Origin: the human T2T-CHM13v2.0 reference genome, Homo sapiens
Reading direction: 5' to 3' (one strand)
Assembly (NCBI RefSeq): GCF_009914755.1
Contig: NC_060930.1
DNA length: 64,000 bases
Positions within the stretch are counted from its first letter, which is position 1. Each line of letters begins with the position of its first letter. The notes beneath the pieces are model-generated. The model had not been told where the DNA came from. It did not search any database and was given only the letters and a program-made list of their open reading frames with translations. This document shows, piece after piece, positions 36,465 through 56,315 of the stretch. The translations under genes were made by a program, and so were the position numbers.

Positions 36465-39395
36465 AAAATACAGCTTTTTGAGTTATATTTTGCATAATAT
36501 TTGAAGGGTACAATTCAGTAACTTTTAGTATAGTTACATAGTTGTGCAATCATCACCACAGTCCAATTGTAGAACATTCCCATAACCCCCAAAAGAAATC
36601 TCATGTCCATTTGCGGTCACTCCCCATTCTCACCCCTAGCCTTAGGTAACCACTAAACGATTTCCTATTTCTATAGATTTTCCTATTCTGGACATTTCAT
36701 ATACATAGAGTTTTATAATATGTGGTATTTTGTATCTTCTTTCACTTCGCATATTTCTGAGATTGATCCATGTTGTAGCGGGTTTCAGTACGTCCATTCC
36801 TTTTTATTACTGAGACTGTTAGACTGCCACACATTTATTTATCCATTTGCTAGTTGATTGGGTTGTGCCCACTTTTTGGTTATTATAAATAATGCTGCTT
36901 TGAATATTCCCATAGAAGTCTTTGTACAAAAATGTTTTCATTTTTCTTGGGAGTAGATTTGCTGGGTCATGTGGTATATCTATGTTCAACATTTTCAGAA
37001 ACTTCCAAACTGTTTTCCAAAGTGGTACACCATCTTATACCCCCACTAGCAATGTGTGAGGGTTCCAGCTTCTCCATCCCCTCTCCAATACTTGCAATTG
37101 TGCTTTTTTTTTTTTATAATGTCCATTCTAGTTAATGTAAAGTAGTATCCTGTTTTGATTTGCATTTCCCTAAACTTCCAAACTGTTTTCCAAAGTGGTG
37201 CACCATCTTATACCCTCCGACTAGCAATGTATGAGGGTTCCAACTTCTCCATACCCTCTCCAATACTTGCAATTGTGCTTTTTTTTGATAATGTCCATTC
37301 TAGTTAACGTGAAGAGGTATCCTGTTTTGATTTGCATTTCCCTAATGATAGTGAACATCTTTTCGTGTGCTTGTTGGATATCTTCTTTGGTGAAACATCT
37401 ATTCAAATCATTTTAAAATTGGGTTATTCATCATCTTATTATTGGTTTGTAATAGTTTTTTTATGTGTTCTGGATATAGGTCCTTACAGGACATATGATT
37501 TGCAAATGTTTTTTTTTCCCCAGTCTGTGGCTTGTCTTTTCATTTTGTTTTAACAATGTCTTTTGAAAAAGTACTATTTAAAAATTTTTTTTGAAGTCCA
37601 GTTTATCAACTTAGTCCTTGTTGCTTGTGCTCTCGATATCATATCTAAGAAATCATTGCCTGACCCAAGGTCACAAAGATTTACATCTATGTTTTTTTCT
37701 AAGAGTTTTGGAGTTTTAGCACTTACATTAGGCCTGTCATCTATTTTTGATTTTTGTGTATGATATCACATAAGGGTCCACATTCATTCTTCTGCATGTG
37801 GATATTTGGTCCAATATCATTTGTTGAAAAGGCTATTCCTTGTTGAAAATCAGTTGACCATAAATGAAAAGGTTTATTTCTGGACTTCCAATTATATTCC
37901 ATTAATCTCTATGTTTATCTTACGCCATACTGTCTTATACCATCCTGTATTGGTTACTATAGCTTTGTATTTAGTTTTAAAAATGGGAAGTGTGCGTCCT
38001 CCAATTTTGTTCTTCTTTTTCAGGTTCATTTTGGCTATTTGGGGTAATTTGCATTTCCATATGAATTTTAGGATCATTTTGTCAATTTCTACATAAAAGC
38101 AAAACAAAACCACCTGTGATTTGGATTGGATTGCAAAGAATCTGTAGAACAACTTGGGGAGTATTGTTTTCTTAATCTGAAGTCTTTCAGTCTGTTAACA
38201 CAGGATATATCTCCATTTATGTAGGTATTTCTTCAGCACTGCTTTGTGATTTTTGTCGTATACCTCTTGGACTTAAGTTTATTCCTAAGTATTATTTTTA
38301 TTGCTACTATGGGTGAAAATAATAAATTCATTTCCAGATTGTTCATTGCCCCCCCGATATATACATATGTGTGTGTGTGTGTGTGTATGTGTGTGCTCTC
38401 CACACACATACACACAGAGTACACACACACACATATATATATAGAGTGTGGATATATATACACACACATATATATAGAGTGTGGATATATACACACACAC
38501 ACACAATTGATTTTTATATGTTTATCTCTTATCCTACGCTGAATTCATTTTATAGTTCTATTAGTTGTTTTTGTAGGCTCCATAGGATTTTCTACAAATA
38601 ATGCTTTCCATGAATAAAAAGTTTTACTTCTTCCTTTACATTCTAGACTCTAGATACCTTTCATTTCTTTTTCTTGCTTAATTGCACTGGCTAGACCTTC
38701 CAGTACAGTGTTGAATAGTGGTGATGAGAATGGACGTCCTTGTCATATTTTTGACATTTTTATCTTAGCTGGAAATTACTCATTCTTTCACCATTAAGTA
38801 TGGTATTACACGTTTTTCATTAATGCCCTTTTTCCATTGGAGGAAGTTCGCTTCTATTTCTGGTTTGTTGAGAGCATTTTTGTCATGAATGGTGTTTTGT
38901 CAGATGCTCTTTATTGAGATGATTGTAAGGTTTTCTACTTTACTGTGTTGTAATATGGTATATTACATTAATTGATTTGGGGGTGTTAAATCAATCTTGT
39001 ACTCCTGAGATAAGCCCTAGTTGATCATTGGGTGTATTCCTTTTTATGTGTTGCTGCATTCATTTGCAGTATTTTGTTGAGGGCCTTTGCTTCCATATTA
39101 TATGAAGGATATTGCTCTTGTAGTTTTTATTTCTTGTGATGTTGTTTTCTGGCATTGGTATCAGGGTAATGCTGGCCTCACAGAGTGAGTTTGGAAATTT
39201 CCCTCTTCTCTGTTTTCTCAGAGATTGTGAAGGATTGGTGTGTGTGTGTGTGTGTGTGTGTAACCAAATTCCTTTACGTGTTTGATAGAATTCAGTAGTG
39301 AAACTAGCTAGGCATGAGTGAGTTCTCTTTTTGGGAATATTTTAAGTTACTAATCCAGTCTTTTTGCTTCTTGCAGGTCTGTTTGGACTTTATTT
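36465..39395 (-). mobile_element. old L1MB-family element, 3' part (host of the nested L1PB)
   Basis: antisense L1MB-type 3' end (acagctttttgag...catcaccacagtccaatt...agaacatt); ORF2-like peptide at 37892..38152 (KFIWK...LPIFKTKYKAIV...WY). Confidence 0.85.
36999..37345. repeat. ~173-bp tandem duplication inside the L1MB
   Basis: aaacttccaaactgttttccaaagtgg...tttgcatttcccta at 36999 and again at 37172. Confidence 0.9.
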
Positions 39396-39422
39396 CCATG
39401 TGTGTGTGTGTATGTGTCGTCA

Positions 39423-45870
<6,448 letters not shown>

Positions 45871-46190
45871 ACTTTCTCCTCTAGTTAGTTTCAGTAATTT
45901 AAGTCTGTAGGAATTTGTCCATTTTAGCTGAGTTGTCTAATTTGTTGACATACAATTGTTCATGGTATTCCCTAATAATACTTATAATTTTTCTAAGGCT
46001 GGTAGTGATGTCTGCTTTTGTGCTTGCTTTCTTGGCTAATAATCAATTTTGTTGGCCTTTTCAAAGAATCAAATTCTGATTTCATTAATACTCTCTCTTG
46101 TTTTGCTGGTTTCCATTTTTTTTCCATACTAATCTTTATTCTTTCCTTCTGTATACTTTGGGTTTAATTTACTCATCTTTTTAAAAGTTT
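45871..46190 (-). mobile_element. resumption of the host L1M ORF2 sequence after the L1PB insertion
   Basis: taggaatttgtccatttt...gttgtctaatttgttgacatacaattgttcat continues from ~39390. Confidence 0.7.
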
Positions 46191-46403
46191 CTTGAGACAG
46201 ACTGTGGTCAAGACAAAAATGATGGTAAAAATAATCTTCCAGAGCATTTTTAAAAATAGTTTGTAAATAGAGCTTATATCTCAAACACATTCTAAAGGTG
46301 GTGTCTCAATAAGAAAAAAAAAGTAATAATATAAAATCAAGGAGTAGCTTTTTTTTCCCTTCTACATATCAGCCTCAGTCTGCTGGGATTATATTCCTTA
46401 GCA

Positions 46404-46620
46404 CAGGGTTGGCGGCCCTTTCCAGGAGAGGGCCAGAGAGTGAATATTTTGGTCTTGTGGTCCATACAGTCTTGGTCACAACACCTCAGCTCTGCTGTTG
46501 GGCACGAAAGCAGCCATAGATCATGTGCAGGTGAATAGATGTGGCTGTGCCCAGCAAAACTTTATTTCCAAAGCAAGCTGCAGGCCAGGTGGGGCTGCAG
46601 CCAGAATCAGCCAACCCCTG
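46404..46620. mobile_element. MER58-family MITE
   Basis: cagggttggc...gccaacccctg terminal inverted repeats; aaagcagccataga core. Confidence 0.8.
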
Positions 46621-48391
46621 CTCTAGAACACTAAACAAAATTAAGAAACAGTGCATTCTTCTTAGTCTAGCAGAGTTTATATACAAGAGTATCCTCTTTC
46701 AGAAGCAATCCCCTCTGGGAGCTGGATGTATAATGCTACCTTGTTTTCTATACTGCAGTAAAAAGGTGGACTACACTCTGCTCAGGTGTGGTGGCTGAGA
46801 TAACAAGACTGGTTTCCTGGGCTTATACAGGATACTGAAGGCAGCTCTAAAGCAGGGCTTTCAAAGGCATGTTGTGTGGTGACACGGGAAATGAGGTGTC
46901 ATCTCCCAGGGCACAGCAGCCATGAAGATCCGTGGACATTCCTTTATGTTTACAGACTCTGTTTAGGTTTTAAAAGCTTTTACAAAAATCCAAAATGGCC
47001 AAGAAGAGTTTCAGCTTGCTGTTGAAGACTGCATTTCCACCTATGGGAGTATGAGTCTGTCCTTTGAAGCTTGCTCTTTTTTTTCCTGTTAAAAGATCAG
47101 TGTATTTTCCCAGAAGGGATCGGTTTGTTATTGGCCATGTGATGAAGCAGGTCACTTGTTAGTGTGGTGTCTGAGGTCATGGCGAGTCACAGATTTAACA
47201 CTGTGATGGAAATTCCCATGACGTGCGCTGCTTGAAATGTCTGTCACGTCATCCATCCCTGTAACCTAACAGCCTCGCAAATTCCCAGCCTCCCCTGAAT
47301 TAACAGAAGGGTCACAGGCTTTCCACTCTGGGGCGAGTCCTCTGGTAACCTGCTCTAGTGTTCTAGCATTTTGTCAAGTCGCTTTTTCTCTTCTTGAGAC
47401 AGCTATTGTCAGCCGTAGGAGCACAGTTCTTTTCATGTATCGTTAGGTGCTTTGTTCCTAGTCTGTTGGAATCATTCCTGTTGCAGAGTGACTTACCGCA
47501 GACACATGTGCAACTTCAGTGGTTTTCTAACCACCTTCATTTTCATGTCATCTGTCCTCCTCAAAGTTGACAGGGTTGCTTTGTCACACAACTCCAGGAT
47601 ATACTGTTTCTATTGCATTTTATCCTTTACTCACAGTCTTCCTCCATTGCCTCTGCTTCCACTTCAGAGTTAATTACTGTAAAATATTTTTTTGTTTTGG
47701 GCTGAAATCAGCCTCATCATACTGCTTGTTCATGCTGTCTATACTTGACTATTCCTGTACGTATTTGAATATTGCTGTCTCCCCTCACTGTAAGTCATTC
47801 ATCTCTGCTTCCCAAGTTAATAGTTTTCTAAAACTGTCTTGGCTTTCCCAGGCCTCGCTTCAGTTTGTCGATACGTTTTTAGAGAGTGTCAGAACCGACG
47901 GTTGCTGTAGGTGTTCTGACAGTAGCAAGAGCGCTGCATTCTGTGCCGTGGATTTACACTAATCTTCATGCAACAAAACAGACATCCCTGCCCTCATGGA
48001 GTATATAGTCCATAATCAGGGAGACAGACAGATCTTGCATAGGTAGTTAAATGTGAGACATGTCCCCACCCTGGCCCCACCCCCAGCGTTTTCTCTCATC
48101 CTGGTAAGAGATGATGGGGAATTGGCCTAGAGAGGGAAGTTCAGGCAAAGGCTCTGAGGAATGCAGTCATAAGGAGGGAGAAAGAGAATGAAGCCTGGGG
48201 AGAGGGGCGGGGAGAGCATGGCATCATGGTAAAGCTGGAAGAGGCGGGGCAGTGGGGCAAAGGGCTAGAATGGCCCAGACCAGGCAAGGGAGGTAGCAGG
48301 GGTCCACTGCAGGACCATTCCACTTTCCTTGCAGATACTGGGTGAGGCAGTGTAGAGACGTGCATTTTTCCAAGTTAAAGTTTCAGTCAGT

Positions 48392-48397
48392 TTTATT
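48392..48397 (-). terminator. AGPAT4: AGPAT4 distal polyadenylation signal AATAAA (a second AATAAA at 48449-48444)
   Basis: plus-strand tttatt; minus strand reads TGTAATAAAA. Confidence 0.65.
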
Positions 48398-51300
48398 ACA
48401 TCCAGTCCAGTAAGCTGTGCTGTCTAGTGGTATCCACACATACTTTATTAGTTTTATCTTTGTTCAGCCCACCAACAAAAATTTGGAAAGATTGCTACAC
48501 ATGACAGAGCGACAGTACCCTAGGGTGACATGACAGCCCATATATCAGTTCTCTGTTTCACATTAAAAAGTTACCATTCATTCAGTCCAAACATCCACCC
48601 AATCCACACGTTCTCTCAAAGACTAGCATGGTTCTGTCCAATACCTTGCTCTAATTCCAATTCATTCGTTCTCATAACTTATTTGAAAAGGCACATTTGG
48701 TCAGTCTGATGTCATTCTTAGGGCATCTTTGCTCTCTCCTGGCCATTACTGCTTGCTTTTATGTACTGAAAAGTCATCCATTGAATGGTCTGTTCCTGAA
48801 TGTCGCCACAAAGCAGTCTGTAAAACCCACTCACTTTCCCTCCTTAAATTACCTCCCTCCAGGTCTGTTTCCTCAAAGATCGTCCCTTAGTGGGTCACAG
48901 TAATCATGAACCCTGGGTACAATTGATACAGGCTGAGAAGTAAGAATTCACTGTTCACTTAGAGCAACTCATTCCCTGACCTGAACCGGGTGTGTTCCAC
49001 CCTTGCCCATGGTTAGATCTCTTTCCTTGATAGAACAAGCAAAAGAGGGGCTGATCCATCTCCCGTGAACATCTGTTGACTGTGGGCGGCCTGGGCCAGC
49101 CTTGCTGTGTTTGCCTCAGATGCGAGTAAGGAAGCTCCAGTTGTAGCCTTGGCACAGCTGAGGCCATGCCATTGCTACCCGGAAGCTGGCTCTGCAGCGT
49201 TGTGACTTAGACACTTTACAAGTCTGAGCCATCCCGTACTAGTTCATCAACTTTCCTTCCTCATGATCTGCAAAGATACAGAGAGAATGGCATTCCAAAA
49301 TTCCATGGATGACTTTTCTGAATGTCCTAGAATGTTTGGCAAAGATCTGGCTAAAACTAGTACTATGGAATAGAAAAGGAAAAGTGACATTTGTGTAATT
49401 TATTTTGGAAATGCAAAGGAATTATTATGCAGCAATCTTAACTTTGTGTACATACCACTCACCTCCCTTAAAATTCAGCAGAACCAGAGGTGCCAGAAAT
49501 GTCAAAAAATATCTAGTCATTCCAATATGTAAAACAAGACTGCCTTGTTTTAAAAAAACAAATTAAATGTAAAAATTGTATGACTCTTACCCAGTGAAAA
49601 GCTTTACTAACACAGCCCTGGGTGCTATTTCCAGATACTGAAAAGATCTAAGTAGGTGCTTAAGAACTGCTTTTTAACCCATTCACAACCTTCATATTAA
49701 ACTAGGATGAGGCTGCAGGAGCTGAGGAAGGAAGGCCTGGGTGGGAACCTGGATGTCCTTTCCTGGAGAACAGCTTTGCTATTTCACTGGTAACTCCGAA
49801 ACTTCAAAATATTGACTGTACAAATTACTCAAGTTTATTTTGGCCTAATTATTCTTAAGAAAGGTGGTTCTTTTTTAGAAAAGGGAAGCAGAAGCTAATT
49901 GAAATTCCATTACTCAGGCCTCTAGTAAGTGCCCCCTTCATGTAGTCACTATTCACTGAGGGCCATGAGGGTGAGGCCCTGCTGGGGGGGCAGGGCAGGG
50001 CTGTGAGCTCAGGAGCCCATCCCTGTGCTCAGAGAGATGGGACTCCAATGAGGAGACACACTATGTAGGTGCAATTTCTGATTTCTTAGTTTTTGACCAA
50101 AATAGCAGTAATTTCAAACAGTTGAATGTCGTGATCGATACTATGTCAGTTGGTGATGAATGCTGTGAATGGTATTGAATGTCCTGGACCAAGAGGAACA
50201 GCAACATGTCCTTAGTCCTCAGCCTAAGAAGTCCATCGAGTCCTTCTCTCAAATTGTACGTCTGTTGTTTTCAAAAGCCATTGTGACAGGTCAAAACCCT
50301 GGAGTATTTGGTTTGTGTTTAAATGTACTTGACACTCTGGAAACACTCAACCTAAGCCCTGGATGCAGGAGGCAGGGATGCTGAGGATGTGAATTAGAGT
50401 GCTGGGATGTGCTAATGCCTAGGGAGGCATCAGGCACTGTGCTGGCTTGGGGGATCCTGTGATGACTGGAACCTGGGCCTTCATTACGGGCTCCGGTTTT
50501 GGAGTGCAGAGGGATTGGCATTTGTAAAGACTGCTTGCTTACCCTTTGTCTGGCATGCACATTCAGGATGTGACTTCAGCTTCATTCATCCTGGCCAAAC
50601 AAAAAAAGTTCAAAAAATTGTTTTCAATTAAATTTCTGAAGATCTTTGTAGGGAAGCACCCTTCTGAGATGAAACCAATTTCTTGTCCACACAGCCACCA
50701 TATCCTTATATAGATGGGGAAAAATCCAGAAAAGGGGGATTTTCAGCAGCTGGCTTGAAGCCCCTGAATGGTCCCTTGGCAGAGGCAAAGAATGAGCCCA
50801 GAGCCTGAGATTCAAGATGCTGGTCTCTTCTGAACACACCGTGGAGCAATGTGGTGCACCTGCAGATGCCGCACTCAGCAGCCTGGAATGCCAGCTCTCA
50901 TGCCCTCACCTAGAAACGCCTTCTCGGCTGAATGGCTGTTGGCTCTCAGCAGCACCTGTCAGCATAGCTCGGCCGCTTCTGCCCCGTGCCAAGGCGTGAC
51001 TAGGACCAGAAGAATCAGAAAGCATGGTGGAGTCCGAAAGCATTGGCAAAGCCAGCACATCTGTGAGCATGTTACACATGGGCTTGCCTAAGTATTTCCT
51101 TCTCTGTGAACATCACTTAGGAGCTACGTCAGTTAAGGCATCGTGAGACACAGGTGTGGTGGAGGCATTATGAGGGGACTACTCCACAGGACCTTGGAGA
51201 GTTGCATTTTGGGGGGCTCTCCTAGAAGCTCTGGGGGAAGGAAGCAGTGGCCTCCTGGTCAGCTACAGACACAGGCGGGTTAGGGCCCGTCTTGCTTTCA

Positions 51301-52904
51301 TGTTCTTTTAAACACAAATGGCAGCTCACAAATATTCCTCTAAATATTCCTCCATACAGCCTAGGGCCCCTCAAGAGACGTGCAAACCAAAGTATTTGTT
51401 TTTCTCACTTTATCTTTAACCTAGTATGTGGCAAGTCTGGACCACTGCTTTAGAGAAAGCTGGATTAAATCTCTTGAGCAGAAGTAGAGACCCTAGAGAA
51501 TCTTCACTGGATACCTTGCTTCACACTTTGGTCAATATTTATGAATAAGTTCTAAAGCCTATGCGAAGCCCATTCTGTTTTGCTTGGGGACCAGCCAGAC
51601 CACTCCTCCACTCCAGTGGGGCCTTTTTTGTGTCTTTCACATCACTGTTACAAGTTGTGGCTGGACAATTAATGACATTTAAATCACTGTCCCACATATG
51701 GATATATTAGAAAAACCCTAATGTTTTAAAATTTTTTTAATCATCAGCTGCTTTTACAAAGCTTTGCATGCATTTGTTTAGAGGATATTGCAGTCGAGAT
51801 ATTCCAGTACTACTGTGTGATCATATGAAAAAAGTTGGTTTTCTCTCTGTCAAAGTCAATAGGGTGGTAGACTAACTCACAGAGTGCCTTACTTCTTCCT
51901 CCCGATTAATCGTGTTCACTATATGGTGGCAGAATCAGTCCAGTCCCCCAGACCTCAAGCTGCATCTTCCAAATGGTTGGTGTCTTTTTAAGAGTCCCCG
52001 TGGGCTGGCTTTCCTGGAAGAAGTCCATTAAATTCCCTGCTTCTATAAGCTGCAGGAGTCGCCTAGGATATGGCCCGTCACGTCTGGGGATGACCCTGCA
52101 CTGCTCTCCAGATTTCACTCAAGGTTCGTATTTTTCTCTGCCACCTTGAACTACAGAACAGGCTCTCAGTAGCGTGATAAGCTTTAAGCTAGAATGAGAT
52201 GGAAAGGTGGGAAAGACAGACAGGAAGTGTAGCTCTTAGTCTATGGGGCTCTCCTTAGGGGACAAAAAGATGGCTTAGGCTCCGTGGGTTTTCAACTCGT
52301 AGAAAAAATAACCCTGGGAACCAAAGCAGTTGTTGTGTGCTGAGGAGATGGTGACCTCCGTGTGACCTGAACATGGGTGAAGGTATTTGAGGAGGCGTGA
52401 TGAGCTTCCGTCCAGGAGTACCCGTGGTTGTCTGTGTCATTAAGGGCGCAGGGTGTAAGGAAACCAGGTTCCCAGGCTGCATAACAAAATTGTTCTTCGT
52501 GGACAGGTCAAATGACTGATGAGAAAGAGGTCCAGATCTCTCCCCAGCACGCCACATTCTCTTTCGGCTCTAAGGCAATTCAAAACTTGGCACTCACTTA
52601 GTTATTTCCTAAGAGATTTCTGCCTGCATTCCTCCAGCCTGGAACCCAAGGCCCTAGCAGGCAGGCTGTTTGCTTGCTTGTGTGTTGTGTGATACCAGAG
52701 CCAATTCAGAAGAAAATTGAATGTCTGTGGGCCCCCGGATCTATGTTTTTAGAACTTACTTAGATTACTTCTGTGTTGAATGGAAGAATGAAAATGAGAA
52801 AAATAACACATTTTTAGTACGACAAGAAAATTTCTGAGCATTTTTGAGAGTAGCAACATAGAGGCAGCTTTCTAGTCTTTCATCCTTGGCTTAGTGCTTT
52901 AGGA

Positions 52905-53045
52905 TTCTTAAAGTGTGCTCTTTTACCCTTGACACACCCCAAGAGGTAGATATCGTCACCCCCATTTTGCAGATGGGGAAATGAGTCAGCAAGGAAAAGT
53001 GTCTCACCCAAATCCTACAGCCGATGAGCTGCAGAGTTCAGGTGA
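52905..53045 (-). mobile_element. MIR fragment inside the AGPAT4 3'UTR
   Basis: cccattttgcagatggggaaatgagt MIR core. Confidence 0.65.
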
Positions 53046-54483
53046 ATGGCGTAACTCAGCATCACGGACCCCTCCGAGAGACTGGCCCGATAATCCAGGC
53101 GCAGGTCCACTAGGGCGTGCTCACAGACACGCAAGGCTACACACCATGCACACCTCCACTTCTCCAAGGACCCCTCTTGCCTAAGGTCACGTCCTGGGCT
53201 TTTGCCCACAGATCTCTGCACACGGTGCTTCATGCCCTGTGCAGGGTGGGCAGATGTGCTGGGCGCTCCCATCAAGCCTGCCTGCAGGGCCGCCAGCGAG
53301 TTAACTCAGGCCCTAGGCTCTGCAGTACGCTCTTCCCACAAGTCAGCCAGGATTTTTTCCCTTTTTCACTTCTGTGGATTCAAATAATTCATTTGTATCA
53401 ACAAACAATGCATTATTGTCCTGTAAGCAGAGGGAGCTTCTCTAGAGCTGTCTTGTAACTCCTTGGCTTACCTAGTTTGGTTGATAAACAATGACTAAAT
53501 GAGCAAATAGCCAAAAACATGACTGCATAGAATAGGCCTTATAATGTGTGGCCAGTTTTTGTATAGAGCTGTTCATTCCTTCTCATGTTACCACAGCAAC
53601 ACAGGCAGCTTTTCTCAGCAACTTTCAGCTGCGCACCTGGAGAAAGACATATCCTTCCTAACTCATGCTCCAAATACCTATCGGTCCAAGTGCCATTGGT
53701 GTCTTGGCCTAAGATGATTTAATAGCTAGCATTTGTTCTGCAAAAATAGCACTGCTTTTAGTTTCTTCTTCTTTTGCATTTTTGGCACCTGTTGGCTGAC
53801 AGCAGTCTGCAAAGGCCGCTGGAGATGCTACAGGGCAGAACTATTCCGTGGAGTAAAATGGGAGCAGACAGGAGCCCGGAAGGAAGGCAGAAGCCTGGGG
53901 GTTTTTTGTACATGGGATGTCGGCTCTGATTTGACCCTCATCAGAGCAGGACCTGGCTCCTTTAGGGCTGCAGACAAGCTCTACATGCTGGGAAGGGGCG
54001 AGGCATTTTATAAAGTGAAACTGCATTTTATCAGGGGTGACTTTGGCTGTCACTGCTGAGAGGAACAGTCGATGCAAGCTCATCTCACAAATCACTGCAG
54101 AATGCCCAGGCTGTACGTTCATGATGTTTGTGTTCAATTTCAAGATCCATTTCTTCAGGGAGTTGGGTCCATCTTCAAGACTTACGCCAGGAGACTGCAC
54201 TGCAGAGACCGAGCGAAACTCTCCCTTGCTGTGTGCCAGGGACACGCTTCGTTGGTCTCCACGCACGTGCTTGCCATCTCTGCTCTCACAAATGCTCACG
54301 GGCTCCTGGACCTGTGTCTCCTGCCAGGAGCTGTGCTGGCCTGCCCACCCCTCTCAGCTGCCCACACCTCCGCGGCAGCTGCCTCCCGTGAGTAGGATCT
54401 GAAACACCAAAGCCACGGGCAAGGGCAGGATGGAGGGGCAGCGGTCCATGTCAACATACACCACAGATGACCCAGAAAAGCAC

Positions 54484-54489
54484 TTTAAT
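54484..54489 (-). terminator. AGPAT4: AGPAT4 proximal polyadenylation signal ATTAAA
   Basis: ~440 nt after the stop; followed on the minus strand by GU-rich tctgtggtgtatgttg. Confidence 0.6.
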
Positions 54490-54930
54490 TTTTTTTTCTT
54501 GGAGGCATAATTTAGTCATCTCACCTAAAGCACTTTTCACTTTATCTCTGGCAACCAAGGGTTACAGAAAACTCAGCACCAAAGGATGAAAGGGGAACTT
54601 GTCCCCTTCGGTCCCCAGCCCTGCCCTCCCCTGCAGCCTAAAATACCCTTTCTATGATCACAGAACAAAGTTCACACTCACCACACAGCCATTCTCACAC
54701 ACACTCGCACAAAAAGAAAACCAAAGCCCACTAAAGCACATGGGGAAAAAAAGATTACAAAACATCTTCCTCCCCATCCGGCCTTGAGACCAGACTCCCT
54801 GGCTGGAGAGGTCGTGACTTCCGCCGTGCCCAGCAGGGGCTCACCCAGCCTTTGTCACCGTGTCCCACTAAGGATATGCAGAGGCCACCAGTTCCCCAAG
54901 GTTCCCTTCGGATGGTGACACCTCCCTGAG

Positions 54931-55025
54931 TCAGTCATTCAGTTTCTGCTTGCTGTCAGAGTTGCCGTAGGCAGAGCCCTTGTCAATTTCCGTCACACCA
55001 ATCATCCATCGAACTCCCACGGAGG
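54931..55025 (-). CDS. AGPAT4: AGPAT4 last exon coding part: ASVGVRWMIGVTEIDKGSAYGNSDSKQKLND*
   Basis: minus-strand ctccttgtctctgcag acceptor; phase matches previous exon; TGA at 54933-54931. Confidence 0.96.
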
Positions 55026-56111
55026 CTGCAGAGACAAGGAGAGCAGAGTTAGGAGTAGCCCGAACAGACTACAGGGCCGTTTTCCCACAGAGCAAGTGAG
55101 AAGGCCCGTGGCCGCAAATCACAAGCGCCAGCTGAGAGCTGGCTGGCGGGTTTGAGGTGCCATCATCCTGCCGGCTTTACAATCATCCTTGAGTGTGGAC
55201 ATCCATGTGACATTAAGACAAAGCAAGGCTGCTCTGGTGGGGGTTTTCCTCCTTGGACCCTGAAGGTGAATGATTTGGCAAGCCATGCACAGCCGTTCGC
55301 AGGGACTCAGAGAAATCCCTGGCTTCCTCTGCTGACCCCCAGGTAAAGAGGATTCTTTTGTGAATGAGGGACAGGAAGTTAACAGGGCATGTTCAGCGAA
55401 GTTTTATAAAGAACAGACCAGGAGCCTGGAAGACGCAAGAGCTCGAGTATCGAGTGCCCAACACGTTTCAGCACTGCTTTTGGTGCAAGCGTTAGAGCAG
55501 TGAGAAAATCCCCGCCCTCTCCTCTGACGGCAGGATTTGCCTACACCAGAGAATGGGCAGGACCCTCGTGGGAGCCCAGTTTAATATAGGAAGCTGGAAA
55601 GCAGGGCCTAATGCTCAGAAGTTGCAATTTCAACTACACCCTCTGGAGCGGGCAGATGTGGTGAGGTCCTTGGGTGCAGGGCCCAAGACTTAATCATTTG
55701 ATGTGCTCAGCACTGGGCATGGGGCTTGGAAAACAGTCCATTTATAATACATGCTTAAGAATGGATAGACGAATAAGTGAATGAAATCCCCCAAATCATG
55801 ATGCACAGGATTATCTAGCATTAGCATCGCGGTCGATAAACTAACTGGGACATGGATGCAAGAGCCTGGGATGGGCGAATCCAGCCCAGCCAGCAGGAGG
55901 CACGCATCTCCCATGGGTCATTTACAAACTGGAGGGCTCCTGCATGGAGCGTAACAGTAACAGTGAGAGTGGAGTTATTGTAGAGCAGAAAGAAGTGAGT
56001 AAAACGTGGACCGTGTGGCCTTGGAAGAGGAGTAAAGACACAAACACAAAGTCCTTCAGGGAAGAATGCAGTCAGGCGCAGGCTCAGAGTAATGGGGCAC
56101 GGCAGTCAGCT

Positions 56112-56315
56112 CCTCAGATGCTCCTGGAGACGCCGTGTCCACACTGCACCCCTCAGATGCTCCTGAAGACTCCCTGTGTCCACACTGCACCCCTCAGATG
56201 CTCCTGAAGACTCCCTGTGTCCACACTGCACCCCTCAGATGCTCCTGAAGACTCCCTGTGTCCATACTGCACCCCTCAGATGCTCCTGGAGACGCCCTGT
56301 GTCCACACTGCACCC
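56112..56315. repeat. VNTR, ~5 x 41 bp, in the AGPAT4 last intron
   Basis: cctcagatgctcctgaagactccctgtgtccacactgcacc at 56112 (39 bp), 56151, 56192, 56233, 56274. Confidence 0.95.

Larger units (their letters stand above)
48375..54930 (-). other. AGPAT4: AGPAT4 long 3'UTR (~6.5 kb; distal end approximate)
   Basis: repeat-poor stretch from the stop codon to minus-strand AATAAA at 48397-48392; length fits my recollection of a long AGPAT4 mRNA. Confidence 0.7.

Noticed and set aside
38233-38601. Multiple ORFs rich in C/V/Y/T/H (also 39802-40032)
   Set aside because: Translations of TA/CA/TG microsatellites
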